DNA of 23,250 nucleotides from a virus (Duplodnaviria; Heunggongvirae; Uroviricota; Caudoviricetes): IMG/VR virus record IMGVR_UViG_2778261136_000011; one strand, 5' to 3'. Shown piece by piece: positions 1 to 8,299 of this stretch (position 1 is its first letter; each line of letters starts with the position of its first letter). The notes under the pieces were generated by a model. It saw only the letters and a program-made list of their open reading frames with translations, ran no database searches and was not told where the DNA came from. The position numbers and the translations under genes were made by a program.

Positions 1-1626
1 ATGCCTTATATCGATATAACCACTATGCGCGGGATGATGCCGGGCGTTGTAGCATCTATGTTGCCTGAGCATTCAGCTGTACTGGCAGAAAACTGTCATT
101 TCCGCTATGGAGTGATTACGCCTGAACTCCAGATGTCAGAGGCTGAGAAAACCTTCGCGATTAAGCCGAAAACCATTTTTCATTACCGAGACGATTTCTG
201 GTTTGCATGGCCGGATGTGGTGGATGTGATCCGCAGTCCGATCGCTCAGGACTCCCACGGGCGTATTTACTACACTGACGGGCGTTTTCCTAAAGTGACG
301 GATGCGACCATTGCCACAAAAGGGGATGGGAATCACCCGACATCATCGTATCGTCTGGGGAGCCCCGCGCCGACGACAGCTCCTGTCTGTATTGTTCAGC
401 AGGGCGGTGATGTTTCTGACGATAACCCGAATGATGACGAAACCCGGTTTTATACTGAAACCTTTGTCTCAGATTATGGTGAAGAAGGTCCGCCTGGTCC
501 GGCGTCTCTGGAGGTAACACTCCGTACTCCGGGGACTGCGGTACAACTGACGCTGGCTCCGGTGCCATTGCAGAATGCCAATATTAAACGTCGCCGGATT
601 TATCGCTCTGCATCAGGTGGAGGAGAAGCGGATTTTTTACTTGTGGCTGAACTGGATGCGTCAGTGCTCAGTTACACGGACAAAATACCGACGAAAAACC
701 TTGGGCCTTCCCTGGCAACATGGGATTACCTGCCGCCACCGGAGAATATGACGGGTCTTTGCCTGATGGCTAATGGTATTGCTGCCGGGTTTGCCGGTAA
801 TGAAGTGATGTTTTCGGAAGCGTATCTGCCGTATGCATGGCCGGAAGTGAATCGTCACACGACGGCAGAAGATATTGTGGCTATCTGTCCGCTGGGAACG
901 TCACTGGTGGTGGCGACAAAGGGGGAGCCTTATCTGTTCAGTGGTGTATCGCCTTCCACAATTTCTGGCTCCAGAATTCCTTCCATGCAGGCATGCCTGA
1001 GCCGAAGAAGTATGGTGGCGATGGAGGGATTCGTACTCTATGCTGGGACAAACGGTCTGGTATCTGTTGATGTAAACGGTAATACAGCACTGGCAACGGA
1101 AAAGATTATTTCACCTGAACAGTGGCAGAGTCAGTTTAACCCGGCGTCCATTGTGGCTTATTCCTGGCGTGGTGAGTACATTGCCTGTTACACGAAACCG
1201 GATGGTAAGCAGGATGTGTTTGTATTCAGTCCGGTGAACATGGATATCCGTTATCTCAGTACACCGTTTGACTGCGCATGGGTTGATCTCGCGAAAGATA
1301 TGATGCGCGTGGTGACAGGAGACAAAATGTCAGTGCTTGCCGGGGGCTCTCTGCCCTCCACGATAAGGTGGCATTCAAAAATTTTTTCATTACCTGAAAG
1401 AACCTCTTTTTCCTGTATCAGGGTGAAATCTCCGGCGCCTGAGCGGGTGGGGATCACCATTATGGCTGATGATGTTCCTGTGATTCATTTTGCGCCGGGT
1501 ACGTTTAAGGGAAGTGTGGTGAGACTTCCGGCAGCAACCGGGCAAAACTGGCAGGTGATGGTATCCGGATTCGGGCAGGTGGAACGAATAACCCTGAGTA
1601 CATCGATGTCGGAGATGCCGGTATGA
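1..1626 (+). CDS. Phage tail / host-specificity-like protein; 5' end may lie upstream of the window
   Basis: 541-codon ORF opening at window position 1; 4-nt ATGA overlap with the next ORF (coupling); sits directly upstream of a J-like FN3-containing ORF. I do not recognise a specific family from the sequence. Confidence 0.45.
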   Translation: MPYIDITTMRGMMPGVVASMLPEHSAVLAENCHFRYGVITPELQMSEAEKTFAIKPKTIFHYRDDFWFAWPDVVDVIRSPIAQDSHGRIYYTDGRFPKVTDATIATKGDGNHPTSSYRLGSPAPTTAPVCIVQQGGDVSDDNPNDDETRFYTETFVSDYGEEGPPGPASLEVTLRTPGTAVQLTLAPVPLQNANIKRRRIYRSASGGGEADFLLVAELDASVLSYTDKIPTKNLGPSLATWDYLPPPENMTGLCLMANGIAAGFAGNEVMFSEAYLPYAWPEVNRHTTAEDIVAICPLGTSLVVATKGEPYLFSGVSPSTISGSRIPSMQACLSRRSMVAMEGFVLYAGTNGLVSVDVNGNTALATEKIISPEQWQSQFNPASIVAYSWRGEYIACYTKPDGKQDVFVFSPVNMDIRYLSTPFDCAWVDLAKDMMRVVTGDKMSVLAGGSLPSTIRWHSKIFSLPERTSFSCIRVKSPAPERVGITIMADDVPVIHFAPGTFKGSVVRLPAATGQNWQVMVSGFGQVERITLSTSMSEMPV

Positions 1627-2891
1627 CCAGAAAACCGTGGCGTGCGGGGAAGGATTTATCCACAGTTGTGGAGAACATGGAAATTGGCACCGGGCAGCGT
1701 GGTGACGGACGCCACGCATTTGTGACCCGTGAGGAACTGGTTGGTCTTAAACTCGCCCGGCGTCGAACATCGGGTGGTGCCTCATATGCACTGAATCCGG
1801 GTATTGAGATTGACAGTACTTTAATGACTGTTGATTTTCCCACAAAACCGCTGAATTTTAAGGCGACAGGAGGATTTGGCTCGGTTCTTCTTGAATGGGA
1901 TATGCCTAATTATCGCGGACATTCACTGACTGAAATCTGGCGGGGTACGGAGGATGACCTTGCTGATGCAGTGCTGGTTGCCACGACGCCGGGGCAGGTT
2001 TACGGCGATCCGGTTGACCCTGGCTGGTCGGGATTTTACTGGATACGTTTTGTTAACGCGGCAGGAGTGAAAGGTCCATGGAATGCTGAAAAAGGCACTC
2101 AGGCACAAACACAGATCGGCGTGAAGGCCATCATTGACCAGATCCGCGATGAGGCTGCAAAGTCGCCGGTTGTGTCCGAGCTGCGTAAAGAAATAAAAAA
2201 CGCGCAGGGGCAGGCTGTAAATGATGCTGCAATTAAGACAACCGAAGTTGTGGGGACTCTCAGGGAAGAAACGACAAGAACGATTGGTGGTATTGAAACC
2301 CGCATTAGCACACTGGATTCGTCAACCAGTGAATCGCTTAATGAGGTCGACAAGCGCATCACTAAACTGGATAAAGAAGGCGGTGAGGCGTTTCTGGCAA
2401 TGTGGTCAAAAAAAGCGGGAGTTGATGGTATCACTGCGGGGATCGGGATTGTCGCCGGAAAAGACAGTGAAGGCAGGCCTGTAAGTCAGGTTGCAATTTC
2501 TGCGTCGCAGTTGTTTGTCTTTGACCCGAACAACCCGGATAACACCGCCTATCCGTTTGCGGTATCAGGTGGCAAGGTTGTGATCCCGAAAGCGATGATT
2601 TATGACGCGGTGATTGAAACACTGGTGTCGCGGAAGGTTGTGGCGGATGAGGTAAAAGCCGGGGTAAGTATCACTTCGCCAGTTATCCGGAGTGCCGTTA
2701 TTCAGAACGGAAACTTTCAGGTTGATTCTCAGGGTAACCTGAATATTGGAGGCCTTTTCAGTGTTACGTCACAAGGGCAACTGACAATTCGTTACTCTAA
2801 TCAGAATGTAGGACTGGTGATCCGCAATGATAAAATTGAGGTTTATGATCAGAATGGACGACTGGCTGTTCGCATAGGCAGATTACGCTGA
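1623..2891 (+). CDS. Phage tail protein with fibronectin-III-like segment (lambda J / tip-attachment-like C-terminal region)
   Basis: 422-aa ORF; the segment GGFGSVLLEWDMP...GQVYGDPVDPGWSGFYWIRFVNAAGVKGPW resembles the FN3/DUF1983-type region of J-like central tail fibre proteins (recalled, not searched). Confidence 0.5.
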   Translation: MTRKPWRAGKDLSTVVENMEIGTGQRGDGRHAFVTREELVGLKLARRRTSGGASYALNPGIEIDSTLMTVDFPTKPLNFKATGGFGSVLLEWDMPNYRGHSLTEIWRGTEDDLADAVLVATTPGQVYGDPVDPGWSGFYWIRFVNAAGVKGPWNAEKGTQAQTQIGVKAIIDQIRDEAAKSPVVSELRKEIKNAQGQAVNDAAIKTTEVVGTLREETTRTIGGIETRISTLDSSTSESLNEVDKRITKLDKEGGEAFLAMWSKKAGVDGITAGIGIVAGKDSEGRPVSQVAISASQLFVFDPNNPDNTAYPFAVSGGKVVIPKAMIYDAVIETLVSRKVVADEVKAGVSITSPVIRSAVIQNGNFQVDSQGNLNIGGLFSVTSQGQLTIRYSNQNVGLVIRNDKIEVYDQNGRLAVRIGRLR

Positions 2892-2905
2892 TCAGGAGGT
2901 GAGTA

Positions 2906-3184
2906 TTGGAATACGGTTTTGCCATTTATAACAGAAATAACGTTAATGTTACAGGCGTGCTGACTCCGGTATTTTTCCTGGACAGATTTACAGCGGAGTC
3001 TGGCTCAAAGACGTACACGAATAAACCCGACGGGAAATCATTGCAGGCTGTATGTTGTTTATTTCCCTGGAATAATGTATTTGCAGATCGGAAAGTACCG
3101 AAGATAACCATTAATGGCAATACGGTGACGTGGTCGAATCTTGAGCAGGGTATGGGATCTTATATTTATACATTCTGGGGATAA
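2906..3184 (+). CDS. Hypothetical protein (TTG start), AT-rich moron; shares an N-terminal YG motif with the next ORF
   Basis: AGGAGGT RBS at 2894-2900 followed by TTG at 2906; N-terminus EYGFAIYNRNN resembles motifs in the downstream ORF; visibly AT-rich. Confidence 0.35.
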   Translation: MEYGFAIYNRNNVNVTGVLTPVFFLDRFTAESGSKTYTNKPDGKSLQAVCCLFPWNNVFADRKVPKITINGNTVTWSNLEQGMGSYIYTFWG

Positions 3185-3189
3185 GTGTC

Positions 3190-3807
3190 ATGTATGGTTT
3201 GAGCATTATGAAGCCGGATGGCAGCGTATGGATAAGTCCAGGTTTTACGCCGCAGTGTCTGATCAACAAAGGCACCATACCAGCGACTGAAAAGTCTTTT
3301 TTTAAAACATCAATCCCGTCAGGCAAAAGTTGTTTTTTCTTTATCAGAACAGAGAAGAAGGCCGATGTCATGTACACGCATGAACAGATTGATGGATATC
3401 ATGCACTAAGGCTTCATGTAATTGTCAGGGGAACGAACCCTGGTGTTACGACGGTTTATGCTTTCGCGAATATGGTTACTCCACCTTCTGAGTATGGTAT
3501 CGCCATGTATAACCCGGACGGTGAGATGATTTATCATGGCGAAATGATGCTGCTTGACGCGAAGTTAATACCTGTTGATATCAAATTTGAAAAGGACCTT
3601 GGATATCCATGCGCAATCATGCCTGCACTGGTCGGGTATTATAACTGGAAAAGAACTCCTTATGACCGACCGATTTATACCACATCCACTGGCGCTACAG
3701 GAAATAAAATATATTCCTGTGAACATTATTCCGGTGGTGCAACATGGGATATTCGAAAGCCGTATATAGATAAGGTCCTGGTTATTAATACATCAATGTA
3801 TGATTGA
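3190..3807 (+). CDS. Hypothetical protein with repeated YG(L/I)x(I/M)xNPDG motif
   Basis: 205-aa ORF; the motif occurs at the N-terminus (MYGLSIMKPDGSVW) and internally (EYGIAMYNPDGEMIY); AT-rich like its neighbours. Confidence 0.5.
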   Translation: MYGLSIMKPDGSVWISPGFTPQCLINKGTIPATEKSFFKTSIPSGKSCFFFIRTEKKADVMYTHEQIDGYHALRLHVIVRGTNPGVTTVYAFANMVTPPSEYGIAMYNPDGEMIYHGEMMLLDAKLIPVDIKFEKDLGYPCAIMPALVGYYNWKRTPYDRPIYTTSTGATGNKIYSCEHYSGGATWDIRKPYIDKVLVINTSMYD

Positions 3808-3930
3808 TAAGAAAATCTATATTAACAAAAACTTTTTATTAGATCGATAAAATATATTTGATTTATATTTATATTAAATAAAGGAAAATCGCGCATTACT
3901 GTACCTTTTAATAACAGGAATAATCTAAAG

Positions 3931-4665
3931 ATGAAAAATATTTATAAGATTATTGCGTGTGCAGTTATTGGGACGAGCATGGTAGCCATGCCAGCACATG
4001 CAGCAGAAGGAGACCATACAATTTCTCTGGGGTATGCGCACTTTCAGTTTCCGGGACTGAAGGATTTTGTAAAGGATGCGACTGCTCATAACAGGGAGAC
4101 TTTCAGTCATTTCGTCAACAGAAACTACTTTTCTTCATTGGGCGAATATACAGATGGTCGGGTCAGTGGATATGAAGGCAAGGATAAAAATCCACAGGGC
4201 ATTAATATCAGGTATCGCTACGAGATAACGGATGATTTTGGCGTTATCACCTCTTTTACATGGACGCGTTCTCTCACTAACTCACAGACATTTATTGATG
4301 TGCAGTCAGCCGATCATAGCAGGAAGATTAAGAATCCGGCAGCTTCTGCCAGAACGGATATCAGGGCGAATTACTGGAGTCTGTTAGCGGGGCCTTCATG
4401 GCGGGTTAATCAGTACATGAGTTTATATGCGATGGCAGGGATGGGCGTTGCTAAAGTTACCGCTGACCTGAAAATTAAGGACAATATTAACAGTAGTGGT
4501 AGATTTTCTGAAAGCAACAGCACGAAAAAAACCTCCCTTGCGTGGGCTGCAGGTGCACAGTTTAACCTGAATGAGAGTGTTACACTGGATGTGGCTTACG
4601 AAGGTTCCGGCTCTGGCGACTGGCGCACGAGTGGCGTTACTGCTGGCATTGGCCTGAAATTCTGA
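3931..4665 (+). CDS. lom: Lom/Ail/PagC/OmpX-family outer-membrane beta-barrel protein
   Basis: Signal peptide MKNIYKIIACAVIGTSMVAMPAHA; C-terminus LDVAYEGSGSGDWRTSGVTAGIGLKF closely matches the lambda Lom C-terminus as I recall it; terminal aromatic residue; AT-rich upstream region 3790-3930. Confidence 0.9.
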   Translation: MKNIYKIIACAVIGTSMVAMPAHAAEGDHTISLGYAHFQFPGLKDFVKDATAHNRETFSHFVNRNYFSSLGEYTDGRVSGYEGKDKNPQGINIRYRYEITDDFGVITSFTWTRSLTNSQTFIDVQSADHSRKIKNPAASARTDIRANYWSLLAGPSWRVNQYMSLYAMAGMGVAKVTADLKIKDNINSSGRFSESNSTKKTSLAWAAGAQFNLNESVTLDVAYEGSGSGDWRTSGVTAGIGLKF

Positions 4666-4688
4666 CCTGTATCCGGTAACCGTTTACT

Positions 4689-4716
4689 ACCCGCTGTGAT
4701 GGCGGGTTTTTTATTG
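4689..4716 (+). terminator. Rho-independent terminator after lom
   Basis: Hairpin cccgc-tgtgatg-gcggg followed by a T6 run. Confidence 0.6.
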
Positions 4717-4742
4717 TCCGTACAGGGCAAAAATCGTAAATT
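4714..4742 (+). promoter_or_regulatory. Putative sigma70 promoter for the downstream hok transcript
   Basis: TTGTCC at 4714-4719, 17-nt spacer, TAAATT at 4737-4742; leaves a leader of about 150 nt before the hok ATG. Confidence 0.35.
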
Positions 4743-4895
4743 ATGCGTGGGTGCCTTTCGGCTGATGGCTGGAGGGTGAACCTGAAGGCCTGATGTGGAA
4801 AGGCCCCGAGTCAACTTAACGTTAACCCGAGGCCCTAACCATCATACCTTAAGCAAGTAGAAGGTTAGCGCCTCTCCACTCAGGAGGCAAGCGCT

Positions 4896-5036
4896 ATGTC
4901 GCAAAAATCGCTTATCACCGTCACAATTTGTATGACGGTTATCTTCACCATCTGGATGTTACACGGCTCGTTGTGTGAGTTCCGGCTGAATTTGTGGGGA
5001 GCGGAGTTTGCGGCGTTCTTACAGTGTAAGCAGTAG
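4896..5036 (+). CDS. hok: Hok/Gef-family type I toxin (46 aa)
   Basis: MSQKSLITVTICMTVIFTIWMLHGSLCEFRLNLWGAEFAAFLQCKQ: single TM helix followed by SLCE(F)R and E(F)AAF, the Hok signature (closest in my memory to HokA). GGAGG RBS 10 nt upstream. Below the 60-aa cut-off of the ORF track. Confidence 0.7.
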   Translation: MSQKSLITVTICMTVIFTIWMLHGSLCEFRLNLWGAEFAAFLQCKQ

Positions 5037-5047
5037 GAAAACCGCGA

Positions 5048-5069
5048 CGGGGACGAAAGTCCCCGTCAA
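5048..5069 (+). other. Stable 8-bp stem-loop just downstream of hok
   Basis: gacgggga-cgaaag-tccccgtc is a perfect 8-bp stem; no U-tract follows, so more likely an mRNA 3' structure than a terminator. Confidence 0.5.
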
Positions 5070-5092
5070 CTGGTTGCTGAGGTTCAGCCGAT

Positions 5093-5494
5093 ATGGCACC
5101 CGTTTCTGGTGAGAGAATGAACGATAAAATTCTCCGGTATATGCAGCGTGTTGTGAGAAATTCCCGCAACCCTGAATTTATGAATGAAGTTAAAGACGCC
5201 TGCCTTAAAAAGCAGGCGTTTTGTTTTGAGGCACCTGATGGCTTTCTGGTGCTGCGTTCTGTGCTCAGTGCTGATGGTATCCCTTATGTTCTGGTGTTGC
5301 TGGGCGTGTGTACGGGGAGTAACAGCGTTGAGCGTTATCTGCCGGAGGTGAAGACATTAACCCGTCTGGCTGGCGGACGTTGGGCTGAATTTCATACGGC
5401 AAGGCGGGGATTTATCCGGCTGGGAAAACGTCTGGGCTTTGAGCGAATGCCGGATGATGAGGATGGCTTCATGGTGTTCAGGATAGCGGTCTGA
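5093..5494 (+). CDS. Hypothetical protein (133 aa; alternative start at 5117)
   Basis: ORF with GAGG about 10 nt upstream of the ATG at 5093; no family recognised. Confidence 0.45.
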   Translation: MAPVSGERMNDKILRYMQRVVRNSRNPEFMNEVKDACLKKQAFCFEAPDGFLVLRSVLSADGIPYVLVLLGVCTGSNSVERYLPEVKTLTRLAGGRWAEFHTARRGFIRLGKRLGFERMPDDEDGFMVFRIAV

Positions 5495-5546
5495 CTGCTA
5501 CAGTTTTCATCATTGTGTTTAAACCAACATTGTAATTCACATTCTG

Positions 5547-5571
5547 ACCCTGCTCCGGCAGGGTTTTTTGT
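5547..5571 (+). terminator. Rho-independent terminator
   Basis: ccctgc-tccg-gcaggg followed by a T6 run. Confidence 0.6.
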
Positions 5572-5587
5572 TATCCAGGGGGCCATT

Positions 5588-6244
5588 ATGGGTGGAAGTA
5601 AAGGCGGTGGTGATACCAAAGTAAAACCAACAGCAGCGCAAATAGCACAGGAAGAAGTGGCCTGGAAAGGGTGGCAGGATTACAAAAATATCCTCCGCCC
5701 GGCTGAAGATAACTTCATGGAAAAGGTCGATGACCTTAACAGTGAGCAGCAGTACGACAATATCGCTGGCACAACAAATCTTGGTTATCAGAAACAGTTT
5801 GGTGAAGCGCGAAGGGAGCTGGCGGGTAATCTTGCTCAGTCCGGTGTTGACCCGTCCAGTGGTCGCTTTAACGCGGTAATGAATGCGAACCAGAGTGATC
5901 AGGTAACCGGGCAGATTGACACAACCACACGGGGGCAGGTATCGCAGGCAGATAAGTATGTTGCCGGGCTACAGGATGTTGCAGCTCTCGGTTCAGGTCA
6001 GAAGGCGGATGCGTTACAGAGTTTTAACTCGCTGGCAGACAGCAGTCTGGCAAAAGCTAAATCGGACGCACAGGCTGCGTTTACGAAACAGCAGGGGCGA
6101 GCCTCTCTTGTTGGCGCTGGTTTGGGTGCGGTAGGTGCATATGCGATGCATAAGGCTGGCGGTAGCGGAGGAAGTGGCGGTGCTAAAACACCTGGCACCG
6201 GCGCTAATGCCATTCAGCATCAGGCTCAGAACTGGAGACTGTGA
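5588..6244 (+). CDS. Gly/Ala-rich hypothetical protein, possible internal virion / ejection protein
   Basis: ATG at 5588 preceded by AGGGGG; 218 aa starting MGGSKGGG, low-complexity G/A/S/Q-rich; stop overlaps the region of the next start. Confidence 0.55.
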   Translation: MGGSKGGGDTKVKPTAAQIAQEEVAWKGWQDYKNILRPAEDNFMEKVDDLNSEQQYDNIAGTTNLGYQKQFGEARRELAGNLAQSGVDPSSGRFNAVMNANQSDQVTGQIDTTTRGQVSQADKYVAGLQDVAALGSGQKADALQSFNSLADSSLAKAKSDAQAAFTKQQGRASLVGAGLGAVGAYAMHKAGGSGGSGGAKTPGTGANAIQHQAQNWRL

Positions 6245-6246
6245 TT

Positions 6247-6693
6247 ATGGAGTACGGTAAATACGAAACACTTGCGAGATACGGTTATACCGGAGCTGCC
6301 CGTCCACAGGGGGACTGGCAGACGTCAGCAGCGCTGACACGCCAACAATACGACGACTGGCGAACCAGATATTTGCCCCGCGTGGCAAGGCTGGCTGACC
6401 TTGGCGAGAACAACAGCCTGATGAATGCACAGCTTGCCCGGGTGGGCGGCCTTGCCACTTCCAGTCTCCGTACAGCGCAGATGGCGCAGGATAACCAGAT
6501 GGCGAGATACGGGGTAAGCCGCCCAGATAATCCCGACAGTAATACGCTGGGGTTACGTAATGCCCTGGCAATTGCTGGCGCGAAAAATGGTATCCGTGAA
6601 GCCGAACAGGATCGCCAGATGAACATACTGACGGGGGCTTCTGCACCGGCAAGACAGAAACTGAGTGTTAGCGGACAACTGGTGGCAGCGTAA
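6247..6693 (+). CDS. Hypothetical protein (148 aa)
   Basis: ATG at 6247 immediately after the upstream stop (coupled); the ORF track shows a GTG-initiated version from 6241. Confidence 0.55.
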   Translation: MEYGKYETLARYGYTGAARPQGDWQTSAALTRQQYDDWRTRYLPRVARLADLGENNSLMNAQLARVGGLATSSLRTAQMAQDNQMARYGVSRPDNPDSNTLGLRNALAIAGAKNGIREAEQDRQMNILTGASAPARQKLSVSGQLVAA

Positions 6694-6702
6694 GGAGGAA
6701 AT

Positions 6703-6954
6703 ATGGGATACGGTTTACTGGATATTGCAAATCAGTCGCGGCGTGAGGCATTACAGGGAATAAGTGACGCAGACAGACGACGCACAGAGATTGAGGCATC
6801 AAATAAACAACTGGCTGCTCAACAGAAAGCTCAGAAAAAACAGAATATCGGTACGGGCATTGGTACGGGGGCGGCTATTGGCGCATCCGTTGGTGGTCCT
6901 GTTGGCGCTGTTGCTGGTGCAGTAATTGGCGGCATTGCTGGTTCTTTGTTTTAA
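6703..6954 (+). CDS. Small protein with C-terminal glycine-zipper membrane segment
   Basis: AGGAGG RBS 4 nt upstream; C-terminus GTGIGTGAAIGASVGGPVGAVAGAVIGGIAGSLF is a GxxxG-type repeat. Confidence 0.65.
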   Translation: MGYGLLDIANQSRREALQGISDADRRRTEIEASNKQLAAQQKAQKKQNIGTGIGTGAAIGASVGGPVGAVAGAVIGGIAGSLF

Positions 6955-6964
6955 GGAGTGGTGA

Positions 6965-8230
6965 ATGAGCGGATTTGCACAGGGGTTACTTGCCGGATTC
7001 AGCACTGTTGACCAGGCAATGACCCGTCGTAAAGAGCTTGGTTTGCGTGAGGCACAGCTTGCTCAACAACAGAAAAATAACGAGCGCGATTTTGAATTTG
7101 CGCAGTCTCAGTTTGAGCACCGGAAAGAGAATGATCAGCGTACATATGATCTTAATGTCAGGAATGCTGACCGTGAATATGCGCTGAAAGAGAGGGAACA
7201 CAAAGCAGCGCAGAATTATCGAAATGCGTCACTGGGTATGGAGCAGCAGCGACTCCAGTTGCAGAAATACAACCAGCGACGGCTTGAGTATAACGATATG
7301 CTGGCGCGCGATCAGCCTGTGATGGCTGCGCTTGGAAAGGCTGTGGATGCTGGTGATCGGGATGCGGCAATGCGTCTTTACGGGCAGTTGTCAGAGGGTA
7401 ATCCGCTGAGGCTGATGGCGAATGATGGCTATGCAGCGAAAGCGGGGCAGGCCGTGAACAACCTGCAGAAAATCTTTGATGATAAGCCGGACAGGGCGAT
7501 TGCTTCGCTGAATACCCCGGAAAATCTCGATGTGCTTTCCGGCGTGTTTGCCCCGGAACTACAACAGCGTATTGGCATGCCTGATTCAACCGGGGAAAAG
7601 ACAATAAAAGAGGCCAGGATTGGCAGTATCGTACCGGCGCAGCAGGAAGGGTACGTACTTATTGGTCTTGATCTCACATACAGCGATGGCTCCAGCGCGC
7701 ATAAACCTGTAACAGAATACGGCAGTGCACATCCTGATGATCAAACCGTGCTGGCGATACCCGTTGATAAGGCTGTCGCTCTTGTCAGGGATCGCAGTAA
7801 ATTCGCGGAAATTTCGAAAAATTACGGTTATTTCATGCCGCAGCAGCAGGGACTTTCTCTGGCGAAACTTCAGGAAGGAGCCAGCAACGTAGCGGCGGAC
7901 GCGATCAAGAATGGCCGTGATGCTCAGGCTGAGGTGGATGAATATTATGCTGCGAATGGTTCACAGCCGCATCAACAGAAAATTCAGCAACAAAAACTTC
8001 AGCAACAGGTTATCAACTGGGCGGGAGATGATCCTGATAAGCTGTTATTTGCCAGAAATGTAGCGGCCCGTCAGCCTGAAATGCTGGAACCTCAGAATCA
8101 GAAATTGCTGGAGAACGGGTATGCGAATTTTCTCCGTATTCAAAAGGCCAGGGGGGAACAGGCCAGAGATGAAAGTGCTTCATCTGCATCTCAGTTTATC
8201 CGTGGACTGAAACAGAATTACGCCCAGTAA
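6965..8230 (+). CDS. Gln/Ala-rich hypothetical protein (421 aa), possible ejection protein
   Basis: AAGGAG RBS 6 nt upstream of the ATG; Q-rich stretches that look coiled-coil-like; no family recognised. Confidence 0.65.
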   Translation: MSGFAQGLLAGFSTVDQAMTRRKELGLREAQLAQQQKNNERDFEFAQSQFEHRKENDQRTYDLNVRNADREYALKEREHKAAQNYRNASLGMEQQRLQLQKYNQRRLEYNDMLARDQPVMAALGKAVDAGDRDAAMRLYGQLSEGNPLRLMANDGYAAKAGQAVNNLQKIFDDKPDRAIASLNTPENLDVLSGVFAPELQQRIGMPDSTGEKTIKEARIGSIVPAQQEGYVLIGLDLTYSDGSSAHKPVTEYGSAHPDDQTVLAIPVDKAVALVRDRSKFAEISKNYGYFMPQQQGLSLAKLQEGASNVAADAIKNGRDAQAEVDEYYAANGSQPHQQKIQQQKLQQQVINWAGDDPDKLLFARNVAARQPEMLEPQNQKLLENGYANFLRIQKARGEQARDESASSASQFIRGLKQNYAQ

Positions 8231-8263
8231 TTCACGATATTCCATTAACACCATTTCCTGATG

Positions 8264-8288
8264 CCCGGCCATTGTGCCGGGTTTTTTT
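8264..8288 (+). terminator. Rho-independent terminator immediately upstream of the giant ORF
   Basis: cccggc-cattgt-gccggg followed by a T7 run. Confidence 0.6.
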
Positions 8289-8299
8289 ATGGAGTCTGT

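Noticed and set aside
302..1070. Short ORFs overlapping the first tail gene on both strands (e.g. 290-568 minus, 302-517 plus, 837-1070 plus)
   Set aside because: Alternative-frame ORFs within a longer coherent frame; no RBS or family signature.
4866..4895. Same-frame Mok-like extension for the plus-strand hok
   Set aside because: An in-frame TAG at 4866-4868 lies only 9 codons upstream of the hok ATG, so no MokC-style in-frame extension exists; any mok-like frame would have to be in another register.
8261..8299. ORF-track start of the giant ORF at 8261 (MPGHCAGFFYGVC...)
   Set aside because: These codons lie inside the terminator hairpin and T-run and have no RBS; the in-frame ATG at 8300 with GGAG upstream is the more plausible start.
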